NCBI GenBank assembly: GCA_965637545.1
Contig: OZ281495.1
Location: 24,056,001 to 24,120,000, forward strand
DNA length: 64,000 bases
Direction of reading: 5' to 3'
Source: Phallusia mammillata
Lineage: Eukaryota
The notes beneath the pieces are model-generated. The model ran no database searches. It saw only the letters and a list, made by a program, of their open reading frames with translations, and had not been told where the DNA came from. The position numbers and the translations under genes are program-made. Below are positions 39,917-51,900 of this stretch, in pieces (position 1 is the stretch's first letter; each line of letters begins with the position of its first letter).

Positions 39917-41972
39917 TCATTCTCACGTGACCCGCTGTGCCCGATCCCAAACAGGCGCCTGTAAATACTCTCTAGCGCCACTTTGCGTCGATACAATATT
40001 GCTTGCGTGTTTTGTTTTGCTTTCCCTATTTGAAACTGCTTTGTTTTTGTGGCAATTTTCTTCGATCGCAAAGCTCACTAACTCAGGCCTGGCGATAAGC
40101 GACGATACATGTTTTATTTGTTAAGACCTTTACCGCTCCCCAGGCCTGTTGGGTGAGAACCCATGCGCTGTTGTTTGCAAGTCCAACTTACACACGTCGA
40201 AAACATATAGACAAATAGGCCACTGTGAACTTACCACTGCAATAAGTGCATGAACAAATAGCGGATGAATTCTGCGCTGTACAGCCCTCAACTGTAGTGG
40301 CTTATTTTCTCTCGCACCCCTAATAAGCGCACCTTAAAACAGCGAGCAAGCCCTAATCTACAACTTGCTTACTTTTGGACTTTTCCCTATACCACCCTAA
40401 TCGAATAAAGTAGTCTGTTTTGTCCAGAGAAATATCGGTGATTAGCTGGTTTATGGCTTGCATGGGTGTTGTGGTAATGGTTTTGCGAGGTAAATGACTG
40501 TATACTTGGTTTTGACCTTGCGATTTCTGAAGTGTGCGTTTCATTCCGTTTTTTACAGCTTTCACGCGATAGAATTCCTTATGGCTTATTAAAGAGTCAC
40601 AAATCGCAATACACAAGTGGCAGCGTTAGAGACATCAACCCATTGTGTTGCGACGCGTTTGCGTTGTCTTACATTCCCGCATCTCCCCTGTACACATTTT
40701 CTCGTAGTGAGTAGTCGTTTTTTGAGCTTTTCTCATCGCTTTCATCCCCAATTGCTTTGTTTTGCTCCGCGTCCGGCTCCGTATCCTGTTTGAGCGTACT
40801 AACAAAGTAGATAACTAACCGACTCTTACTGTTTTCCGTTGGGGCGACACGTGGAGCCAGCATGCTTCATTTGCTCCGCTTAAGGCACGTGTACAGTCCC
40901 CCTTTTTTCCATGTTTAGACAACCGAGATGCTGGCGAGCCAAATGTCTCTATAGCATCCCAGCTTGCTTTTTCCGAATGTATATTCTCAAAAACCGCGCA
41001 CCTGGCTACGTACGACGATATTTATTTGCACGTACTCATTAGACGTCGCCCAATGTTCCGATTAGCGGAATTATAACTTTGTAGTTGATTAAAAACACGG
41101 TAGCGGCCGTCAGGGTGTGGCTTGAAAACTTTAGGCTGTCCGCGTTCGTAGCTGATTTCAATGCGACACTGTGCAACGTCAAAACATAGCGAGTGCTCGA
41201 TCAGCGACGACTTCTTCATTCCTCGCACGTTGTCGTCTGAGACGCAAATTTGTATTTAAATTTGTTGCATGAAAATGGTGCACGCATAAATCCTGGCACC
41301 TGTCCTTTCGTTGTTGTTTTTTGTTCGCTTGCTTTTCCTTTTCAGTCGTGAAAATTTGTACATATCAACGCCGCTCGTTTAATTTGTACGTCGTAACTTG
41401 TTTTACCTTACGGGCCGCGTTGGCGCGCTCCTTTACCTGGATTCTAAGATGTCAAAAACAATCCTTTTTATAGGCGCCGTCGGGTGGCTCCTGTTCGCGA
41501 CTTCTCCCTAACGGGAACTCTTCACTGTAGCGCCGCAGCGCCACCCGCCGGTCGCGTCTTCATTAGATTAGTTTGGTAGAGTAGCACTACAGCAGAAAGT
41601 GCAATCAACGTTTACAGTTTGATATATATCAAGTGCCCGCAATCCTGTCGCGGCGCCACCACAAGTTTTCGAACGTTTTTCCCCCGTTCCGTGCTGTACA
41701 TAAACCTGTCGTTATTTTTCTAAGTTCTTGAGTTTCTGAAAAATAAAATATTTGCTGAAACCAGCTGGTTGTGGTTTTTATACTTGTACATGCTTTTATA
41801 GCAGTAAGAGCAGTTTTTGGGCAGTATAGCCTGGTCATAAAAAGACTGGTAACGTTGAGTACAAGTAAGATTCACTGAGCTTTTCTTCAAGTTCACACCC
41901 CTGTTGTTGAAGATTTTTGCCCAGTGGGAGGAAACAACAATTGTTAATTTTTTCAGTTTTGATTCCGCCATT

Positions 41973-42154
41973 CAGTAAACCTCGGTTAAACCGGACCGTT
42001 TGGACCCAAAAAATGTCCGGATTATGCGAAGATCCGGATTAACCGATGTCGATTAGGAAAGCCTTGTCACGTTTCAAATCATTTATACCTCGAGTTGTGT
42101 CCAAAATGGGCGAAGATCCGTATTTACCGAATCCGGTTCAACCGAGGTTTACTG
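41973..42154. mobile_element. pogo/Tigger-like (Tc1-mariner superfamily) MITE, 182 bp
   Basis: 23-bp TIRs CAGTAAACCTCGGTT(A/G)AACCGGA matching at 22 of 23 positions, with internal repeat GCGAAGATCCG twice. The TA TSD is decayed (TT / CA). Confidence 0.85.
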
Positions 42155-42320
42155 CATTACCAAAACAGTCTTGTGGCTACTTCGCGAGAAACATTTGGTC
42201 ACGTAAGGACGGTAGAGAGTGTAACTTGTCGCAAGTTTTGAGTAGGCAGGAACTTTGCCGAAGGTCCGGCGCGCCTGACTCATATGCTGACATAAATAAC
42301 CTTGGAGCGGGAGCGTTCTG

Positions 42321-42380
42321 GGTTCGAATCCCGTCTAACATTCTACGAACACCCGGAAGTGTCCTAGGTTCGAATCCCGT
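42321..42380 (+). promoter_or_regulatory. Twin RNA Pol III B-box-like motifs GGTTCGAATCCCGT (42321-42334, 42367-42380)
   Basis: Exact 14-bp direct repeat at 46-bp period matching the tRNA T-loop/B-box consensus. No complete cloverleaf could be built. Confidence 0.5.
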
Positions 42381-45300
42381 GAAAAAATAGCTTCGAGTTT
42401 ACACTGAAATTAAAATACAAAAGACAGCTATAATCTAACGAACACTTTAAGCTATTTTAGCATTCAGTTTTATTATTTCACCAGCCTACTGTACTTTGAA
42501 TACGAAAAACTATTTTCGCCACCCAAACAACATACTGTTTGATTCGAGAGTCATCGACCTGCAAGTCGCAAACACTAAGCTCCTTGAATCTAATGTTTGC
42601 AAAGGGCACATTTTACACGAAATATATCTACCCACAGGTTGCAGGGCACGTGGAGCCCTTTTGGGTGAGGACAGTCCACCTAGAAGGTAACCCAAGCTAA
42701 TATTCTTTACAATGTTGCACAATCATAAGCTTATTTATTCATGAAACCTGAAATTGGAAGGGAGGCTTTCATTTGGTGCTATCCCAGTTTTTCGCATGGC
42801 GTGCTGTAATTTAGTCTTCTTTGAAGTTTTATATGATGTTTCTCCTTAGGAAGATGACGTAAGTTAGGTCACGCCACCGCAGTTCTGCCCGAAGGCATTT
42901 TTTAAACATTTCTCAGCCAATAAACGCAGCTGGTGCAAAACTTCGCTCAACTTTCTCCAGGACCCTCTTTGTTTCCACCTAACTTCAATAGAACAAGCAG
43001 GTCATTCATTGCGGACAAGGTTTGACTGAATCACAGAAGAATAGAACGGCTAATGTTAGAACGCACGTGCACGGCCAAATTTAACAGGCAAAGTTTACAA
43101 ATCGGATTAACATTTGCTTGTCGCACGATTTTCGAAAGCCGGAAGTGAGAATGTTAACTGCCACTTGTCGGAGCTGGCATCACCCGCCTTAGACATTCTT
43201 ATCTTTTATACATGAAAAAATTTGCATGTGCCCCGATAACGTGCAAGGTTGCGGCCATGTTTAGTCTGCATCTGGCAAGAACCACATCAAAACCTCAAAA
43301 CTCCATGAGACGTGGGAGTTTAGGTACTGCTACTTCCTTAAAGTCCAAGGTTCGGTATTTACGTATTTTGTCGTAATTAGGATGTAACATCTTAATAAAT
43401 CACTTAGCAAAATGATCCCATATAAAACAAAGGAGAAAGGCAAACTTTTTGTTCGACGGCCACTTGCAATGATCAATGCTGAGTATGTGGTTTCAGACAA
43501 AATTAAACTTGCTATAGATCTTAAATTGATTCCAGAAACAGGAGAATCTAATTTTCTTTCCAGTGCACTAAAGTTTTATTAAATAAACTAGGCTAAAATT
43601 CTCAATTCCAGTAAACGGGCAGAGAATGACAACGAACACTGAAACGATCCAAGAAAAAGCTAATGGCTTCGATACAGACATTGTATATTTGATCAAGATC
43701 TTAATCCTGTTGCACATCACGACTACATCACCATGCTGAAATCAAACAACAACAGCATTGTCGGTTATGTACGGTTCTGGTATCTGGGTTGGTAAAACGC
43801 GGTGTATATCAATAAGCGATTTTCTTTGAAGGCCGACGATTCTTATCTTTAGTTGCCGAACCACCACACCAGGCCTCAACCCAGGGTACACTATACAATC
43901 AAGTCTTTGTGGCCAATGTAGCCGGTCTAGACGTTGTACGGAAACGAGGTGGTAGGTTTGTCTTGCCGAAACACCGTCTTGTAAACATGTAGCATCGAGC
44001 CTGACTCACGGATTCAACCAAGTAAACAAATTGAGACTTTCGCTAAAAGCAAACCCCAGGGAACGATGCGAAAGTCGGAAGCCGAAATTCCAAACTTGTC
44101 TCTTGAGCCCAAACCGCTAATTGTCAACGGGAAAAAGTCTTTTTCAGCGTCTTCAACCTTCCAAGAGGACAACAAGGTCAGTGACGAAAGATTAGATAAA
44201 CATCTTCATATGCCACCCACTTACCAAATTACCCGACATCATCAGTTACTGTCAAAAACTTTCGCTGTCGCGTTTGCGGAGTTATAACAACTTGCGGGGG
44301 CGTCAGAGGTGTGAATTTTCTTCTCCAACAATTTATAGTTCCAAGTATTGACGGAAGGTTGCAGATTGTCAATGATGTGTGCTGGTTTAGTTATGACGCA
44401 AGCTCGCTTTTGGTGCGGTCTCGGGTGCCCACTTATTGAGTTAGGTGAGATGCGTCAACAGCCAATAAAGAATTGGCAACTACATGTTATTTTCACCGTT
44501 TCACCACCAAGTAAATTATCTGCATCCATTTTGACTGCAATTGAATCATGATGGGTTTGTGGACTTTTCGACACGAATTTTCCGTGCAAGAAATTCTGCC
44601 ATTGCAATCCTACATGCATACAATAGCATTTGAAGTGGATGGAATTTATTGACCCAACATTGATGCAAGTCGCCTTGTTGCTGCCAAACACTTCGTGAAC
44701 AGTGGAAACGCACGCTTGCACATAAAAGTCGGCACAAGAGTGACCTGCTAACTAGAGCGGATCGCTCCGTTGGTTACAGCAACGACCGCGTGGGATTTAA
44801 CTCTTTAGCATGTTTTTGCATTCCACTTACATCCACGTAGGTTCGGATCTTGCACGTCGTGCGGTGAACCGATCCCATGACCCCGTTTTGTCGATGTCAG
44901 GGAGAAAGATGCATCGTGTGTATTTGATTACGGCGTAAGGATTTAACCTTTGCTGTGGATTTGCCAAATATACTTTAATATTTCACGGTTTGTGTCATCT
45001 ATAAACATTCAACGCGGTTTGTGTTCATAGAGCAGACACAAGTATAAGCTCAAAGTGGCCCAAACGATTCACCTATTTCCGAGTGTCAAAGCGGCAGTGG
45101 GGACGGACCAGCAAGCGATTAAAGTTAGTCAGTCAAACTTTTTGAGGGAAGGCACGACCCAGTGCGCACAACGGTTTCCTCAAGCGGCGGAGACGAGCAA
45201 AAGTTCGCTTTTCCGCATGATTTGCTTGACAGTTTGGGTTGCCGGCCTATCGTCCCCAAACGCAGTGGACCAATCGCGGTGTGACGTCGGTGTCGTAACG

Positions 45301-45993
45301 TGATCCGGTGACAATTGCAAACTTGCAGACTGCTAGCATCAACATATTGTCCTGCAGCAGCCAGCCTATGCAGAAACCACAGCCTTTTTTCGGCGAAAAG
45401 AAAAAAAAAGCAACGTGACGAAGTAGCGAAGGAAAATCGTTGCTGTTTCATGCGCTCCAGAAAAAGGGAGGTATTTGCTGGTGGGATAATCAAACGCCAC
45501 AATGTAGCGCATTCAACAAGAACATAATCGACTATGATAGACGATACTTGAAAAGCAGTAAAGCAGATGCATTTTGCAAAGGTGGTGCTGCGTCGAGATA
45601 ATAGACGTTCCCTGAGGAGGCATTCAATCTCAAGGTTTTAGCGCGCCGCGGTGTACATCAGGAGACCGTAATAAGCGCATACGGGCTTCGATGACAGCTG
45701 AAAGCTGCACTTGACTGCCGGCCAGACTAACTTTTTAACCTGAATTTAACTTAAGCCGAGCTCTGGTTGGTAGGGAACGTGTAATTTCACGCGTCTGGAG
45801 GAAACCCGAATGATGTTTAATTGTTTTATAGAGAAAGGTGCTCAGTTGTAAATGCTCTAGCCTGATACTTCCGAAGACATTCAAATTTGTAACAAATATT
45901 CTTCTACAGGAGTCTGTGATTAGTTCGCTAGAAAATTATCACAGCACTTAGCTGTTGTTTTTTTGAACTTTTTTGGCTTCCAGCTAGCCAGAG

Positions 45994-48900
45994 ATGATGT
46001 GGACCGTATTGCTCTCGCTGGTAGCTCTCGCGCAATATTCATCAACTCAAGAATATTACAACTACGAAGACAACTACGAACCAGAACCAATAGGCAACGG
46101 TAAGAGGATATGTTGACTTCAGTCGATTGTTTGTAACAACACAGACAGCATGTAACAAAACCTTACCTTCAACATTATTTTTAGATCCCTTTGGGGGAGA
46201 CTACACGACGTGGGGCAGTGGATCTGGGGTACGTTCAGATTTGTGCACTACACATGCTTTAAAATATTTGATTATAATACTAATTACAAGTATTTTATAT
46301 TATTCAACGTTATGGGAACAAGCTATGATCATTATCATAGACTTGGTTTCTGGCATCAGACAGATTCGATTTAAGCCATTATGTTTTTCTAGTACCTTGT
46401 ATGTTGTGTTTTAACTATGTGTTGATCTGATACCAATACAGATTTAAGGTGGTTTTGTATATTTGCTAATAAGACTTTTTTAATATAGGACGGTGAAGTT
46501 GCAAGAGGTAAGACATTTCTTCTTCCAAGCATGATTTTTAAATTTCGTAGTGTGCTTCCGGCTAGACATACGATTATTGACTTTGGCTTTACACTGACCG
46601 CGGAACAGCGTCAGGCTTGTTGAACATAAACATCTTGTGTCATTCCTTATCAAACTTAAATCTTGAGGTTCAGTTGGTTACAGATGTGTAAGACGCAGAA
46701 TGTTTGCCAAATGCCAAAATAGTGAATCTCTTTGTATGATATTTTGCACTTGTTATCTCTGTTTTACCGTGAAAACTACTCAACAGGTCAATTCGCAATC
46801 ACCATTAAGCAAAAGTTTAGACCTCAGTTGCTCAACCCAGCCAGTCCCTTGTTTACACGGGTGTCCAATGATCTTGTGTCAGCAGTAAGTACAAATCCTG
46901 CCTTAGAACCTTAACCACACCGGCGCTGCAACAATTACCGTGCATGCAGCTCACCATTTACCTTAGCAACTCAATCTACGTGAGTGAAGGCGACTTTACC
47001 GTGGAGGTGCTGAAATTTGAACCGGGCCCTGGCATTGGTCGCACTCAAACGCGCGCTATTGTCGACGTTGAGTTCTTGTCACCGCACAGCGCTCAACAGA
47101 GCGAGCTGGAGTACAGCATGGAGCAGCTCATTGGCACTCGCCTCGGAAGGACTCGAGTTATTGACGTCACAAGTAAGTCGTTCGATGACGTCGCAAATTG
47201 TGTCAACGCGTCCTAGCCAAAAAGCATAAAATGTTTATTAAAAACTGGGTAACTGAACATGAAAAAGCACATTACATTGCCATCTTTTAGCAAACGTTTA
47301 ACGACGTGTAAACCAGTGGTCGGCAACCGCCAGTCCGCGGCCCGATACCGGTCCGCAACGAGTTTGTTACCGGTCCGTACAACTTTTCAGGTAAAATGCT
47401 CTAAAATATTTTGCCCATAGATCCCGGGGATGATAAACTAATTTAGGCGTTTTCGTTGTTAAATATTTAAAGTTTTCTGAAGACCGGTCCGCGATAAAAT
47501 TTCAGTTTCAAAAACGGTCCGCAGTAGAAAAAAGGTTACCGACCCCTGGTGTAAACGATTCAATGCAAAGCAGAATCAGGTTAGATCAGTTGCTTCTTAA
47601 ATGAATTTTAAATCACATGTACACATCATATTTTCATGCAACATGCGATATCGTTTTGCTTTACATTTTGCAGTGATCCCAATATTGGTTGATGTCCCCG
47701 CTCCGGTGGTAAGTGTGAGATCGGTTCTGTTAAAAAAAATCGATTTCACCCATACTAATATCAATACAACACTAGGTGGAGTACCAAGCCTTGATCACCT
47801 ACAGCAAGCCGTTTAACAGACAATTAAAAGACAATACATCTAGGACTTTTAGACGGGAAAAGAAGGCTGTTGAAGCTGAGGTAAAAAATATGGAAAATAC
47901 AAAAGAAATTTGATAACAAAGTTATTGTTTCCAAACTTCACCAAACCTGTTTCTTAGATTCTTCTTCAAATGGTGATCAAACACACTCTGCCAGAATCCG
48001 ACATTGTAAGTAGAAGAAAACAAAAAAATAGATTTTTCACACTTAAAGTGAACTTTGTAAATATACGTAAACTGTTTTAGAATGCACGTACTGCAGATTT
48101 TGATTGTAAATCTGTTTGGATAAAAAAAAATCATTGATAAAAATTTAGGATTAAACACAATAGGGTTCGACCGTTCTCGCCAACGCCCTTGTATGATAAG
48201 GATAACTAAAAAATAAATCAACAGACCTCGAAATGTACGCATACCCATGTAGCAAAGCATTTTACTCGAAACATACCTATAAAAGCCATCCTCTATTCCC
48301 AAGCCCTTTAAGTTATTCGTACATTGTGAGACTACGGTGGCAAACTCCCTGATCTTATTTAGGATTCTATCGAAGTGGAGAGCTTCAGGGCAGCACGAGG
48401 TCGGCGTAGTACTTCGGCTGTGGTCAACATGCGTCTTTCCAACATGGACGAGAGCACTGTTCAGCTTGCGTTGTCCAAGCTTGTAGGACTTCCCATCACA
48501 AGGCACCGGATCACTCGAGCAGGTTTGGACATCAGGGATGATTGAGATCAAATACATGACTTCGTTTATCATGCAGAATAAGGCATGCGCGTAACATACC
48601 AGAGACCCAAGTTTTGCTCATTCCACCGCATAGAACTGTGCTCCGCAACTGATGTAACATAAAACGATGTCCGTGACCTAAGAACCTTTATCGGAACAAA
48701 AATCAATTATTTAGGGCAAATTTAAACATTACCGCTGATTAGCAATTACAGTAGTTGTGCTTATTGAAACAAACACTCATTAAAGTAGAGTAAATAACGA
48801 AAAGTCACGCAGCACTGGTGTAGAATATGTAATTGATCTATGCACAGAATCAGTAATGACTTTGTGATATGTGAACGTGTTTTGTTTTCATTTTCAGCAT

Positions 48901-51900
48901 TCCTCAGAGTCGGTAAGTACTTCAGTTCAATCATATAAGATGCATGCGTAAGGTTGTTGACTTCTTTAGTTTTTTTGTAATTCTTATGTCCTTAAGTTCC
49001 TGAAGATGAAGGTCCTCCACGTGGGGATGTAGATCCAGAGCCAACTCCACCTCGAGAAGTTGAACCTACACCCCCGGATGTTGAACCGATTCCTCCAGAT
49101 GCCGGTAAGTAGAAACATTAGATAAAAACAATTTTGTTTCCCCCAAAACTCCGCTAGTATGCCATGTAGTATGAGAAAGAGGTGCATGCAACACTTTTTC
49201 CTTGTTACCTAAACATCATGAAAACGTGTCAGACATTAGTCGAATCATACATTAGTCATTTGTAGATACACAATTGCATTTTGATAATACTTGCGAAGAG
49301 CATACTTCAAACACACAAATTTCCATCTGCACCTAATGTACTGTTGGGTGAATTTACACCATAGTGCCGCTTGAAAACCAAAACTTGTTTAGTGCTGCCA
49401 ATCTAAGAACTCCATTGACAGAATCTTAGCTGCCCATATGTACAACACATCTGCGAAAAATCAATATTTATTCATGTTTTCAGAGCCCACACCTGAGGTA
49501 CCTGATCATTGTAAGGTAATTCGCGATCCTGAACACGGTGGCGTTCGCTGTAACGATACCAATGCTATCTACTCGGCGTGTACGTTCTGGTGTGGCCCTG
49601 GAACTTACTTGGCCGGTGCCAATCAAATCACGTGCGCTGAAGATGGACATTGGTCACGTGATGCTCCGTATTGTATTCGTAAGTGATCTAAGACAAAGAT
49701 TGTGTCCTCAAACCTATAGTAACACTTAGATACTGCCGCACATGTCATGTAAGTTGGCATCCCTAGTTTTTTCGTTGGAAATATAACCAACAATCCATAT
49801 ATGAGTCGACATGATATAATAGTAAAAACCTGCACGTTTTTTTCCTTCATCTCGTCACGCTTTTTTATATATGTGTGTTGGAAGAGGAAGTAGATACTCC
49901 TATACGGAGTCCCACTTAAAAAAATAAAAGTTACCACGTTGCGCTGTTGGCTTTATGTAGCTTTTACAATGATGTTTTAAGCTAAAAAATACTATTAGAT
50001 GTTATGTGTAAAACAATGAAATGCGTTCTTTAACCACAAACGCAGCATTGACGGCATTTGCGACGTAAAATTTCAGGTGTGTTTTGCGAACCTCATTTCC
50101 AAGAGCTGGTAAACGGCTACTTTACTTGCACGTCGCACAACGAATACGACTCGTTCTGCACATTTGAGTGCAACGATGGTTACCAGCTGATTGGTGAACC
50201 AATTTCAACCTGCCAATCAACTGGCCAGTGGTCTTCACCTCTACCAGTATGCGAACTGAGTGAGTAGATTTCCAAACTGTTACTGTTTAATTGAAATACC
50301 AGTACTTATGAGCATGTGAATTAAATAACATTTTTTAATACGAGTTAACAGTAACTATAAGGGATAAGCTGTATTTAAAGTTTCATCAAATCCATATAAA
50401 GGTTAGAAGCTATGTACAAGTAATCTTTTGTTTATTTCCTTCACTGATATCAGTTCCACACTCGTATCAGGACCAATTTGCAATGCATTTAACCCCTCTT
50501 AAAGCCCCGCAGTTATGTAATGTTTGTTGATCTTAACTCCTAAAGTTATCTACTAATAAGAGCAAAAAAATCAGAGCCAATTTTTGGTGTGTAAACATTT
50601 TTTTGCTCAGATTATTCAAAACCGTGAATAGTGTACCTTAGTGTATCTACTAATAAATGTATGACAGTGCTATCACAAGACCCTTGTGTTAATTTTTCAC
50701 ATTTGCAACGTTTCTACAGTTCCCATTGACTGTGTTGTGAGGTTTGGCAACTGGAGTGGCTGTCAGGAGGGTGGTGTACGAATTCGTGAGTCGTATGTGG
50801 CGGTGCAAGCTAACGATGCTGGTATTCCATGTCCGGATACATTACCGGTTGACACCAGAGGTAAAACAGAACCAAATGTAGAATAAAAACAAGCTGACAC
50901 GTGTGTTTGATGTTACATAAATCATACGTACCTCCTCTGTGTACATTAAACATTCTCTTGTAAACCTGTGGCGGATTGTTAAGTTAGAGTCACAGAGTAG
51001 TATTTCAGTTAAAGTCACAGAATACAAACGGATTTCAAGGAAGTTCTACATAGTTTATTAACTCTACTTTGCTCGCAGCGTGTTCAAACTGCGTTGTGGA
51101 GTGGGAGCCTTGGGGTGCGTGTGGCAGCGGTATAAGATCCCGAGCGCAAGTGATCACCACACCAGCAAGTGGTGGCGGAACGGCTTGTCCAACCGAGCTG
51201 GAGTCGGAAGATGAACGTAAGTTTTTGATATATTCATGGGCTGTGCCAGGTCAATTTCATTCATGTTTGGATTATAGTAGCGTATCAGCTTGTTGCAGCA
51301 ATTAAGAATCGCATTTGTATGTTGTCCACGCAAAAAATGTATATTCTCTGAGTAGTATATTGTGCAATCACGAGTCACCAGCGACACGGTGTGAGCAAGA
51401 CACCAGTCGCGTATAAAAACAGACTGAAAACTTTCATAGTCCTAAAGTCATTAAAGTTACCGTTTGTTTATTAGGTGTGTATATATATATCACATACTTG
51501 ATAGGCATCTTTCGTATTTTATTCAAAATAGACTTTCGGACTCTTTTTCTCAGTTTGTTTCGACTGTGTTGTCGAGTGGCAAGACTGGAGTGAATGCGTA
51601 AACGATGCTCGATCGCGTCGTCAGCAAGTAGTCCAGGCTGCAGTTGGTGCCGGAGTTTCGTGTCCCGAGCTCCAAGTCGAAGCTGAAGAATGCATCCACT
51701 GTGAGATTGGCTGGGGTGAGTGGGAAGAGTGCTCCAATGATGTAAGAAGAAGACCCCAGGTAGTCGTCAGACCAGCGGTAGGAGCAGGAAATTCATGTCC
51801 TTCTCTTGATTCGGAGTCCGAGGCTTGCATCGACTGTCTGGTGGACTGGGGTGCTTGGGGTGAATGTGCAAATAACCAACGGGAGCGCAGCGAGTATGTT

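Noticed and set aside
42295-42390. tRNA gene
   Set aside because: No acceptor stem, D-arm or anticodon arm; kept only as B-box motifs.
43620-45500. Frameshifted protein-like fragments (e.g. MTTNTETIQEK.../DQDLNPVAHHDY...) and several 60-125-aa ORFs
   Set aside because: No recognisable homology and no consistent exon chain; a pseudogene call cannot be supported.
47922-48572. 216-aa minus-strand ORF and similar antisense ORFs across the TSR exons
   Set aside because: Antisense to SEA/TSR exons and introns, with low-information composition.
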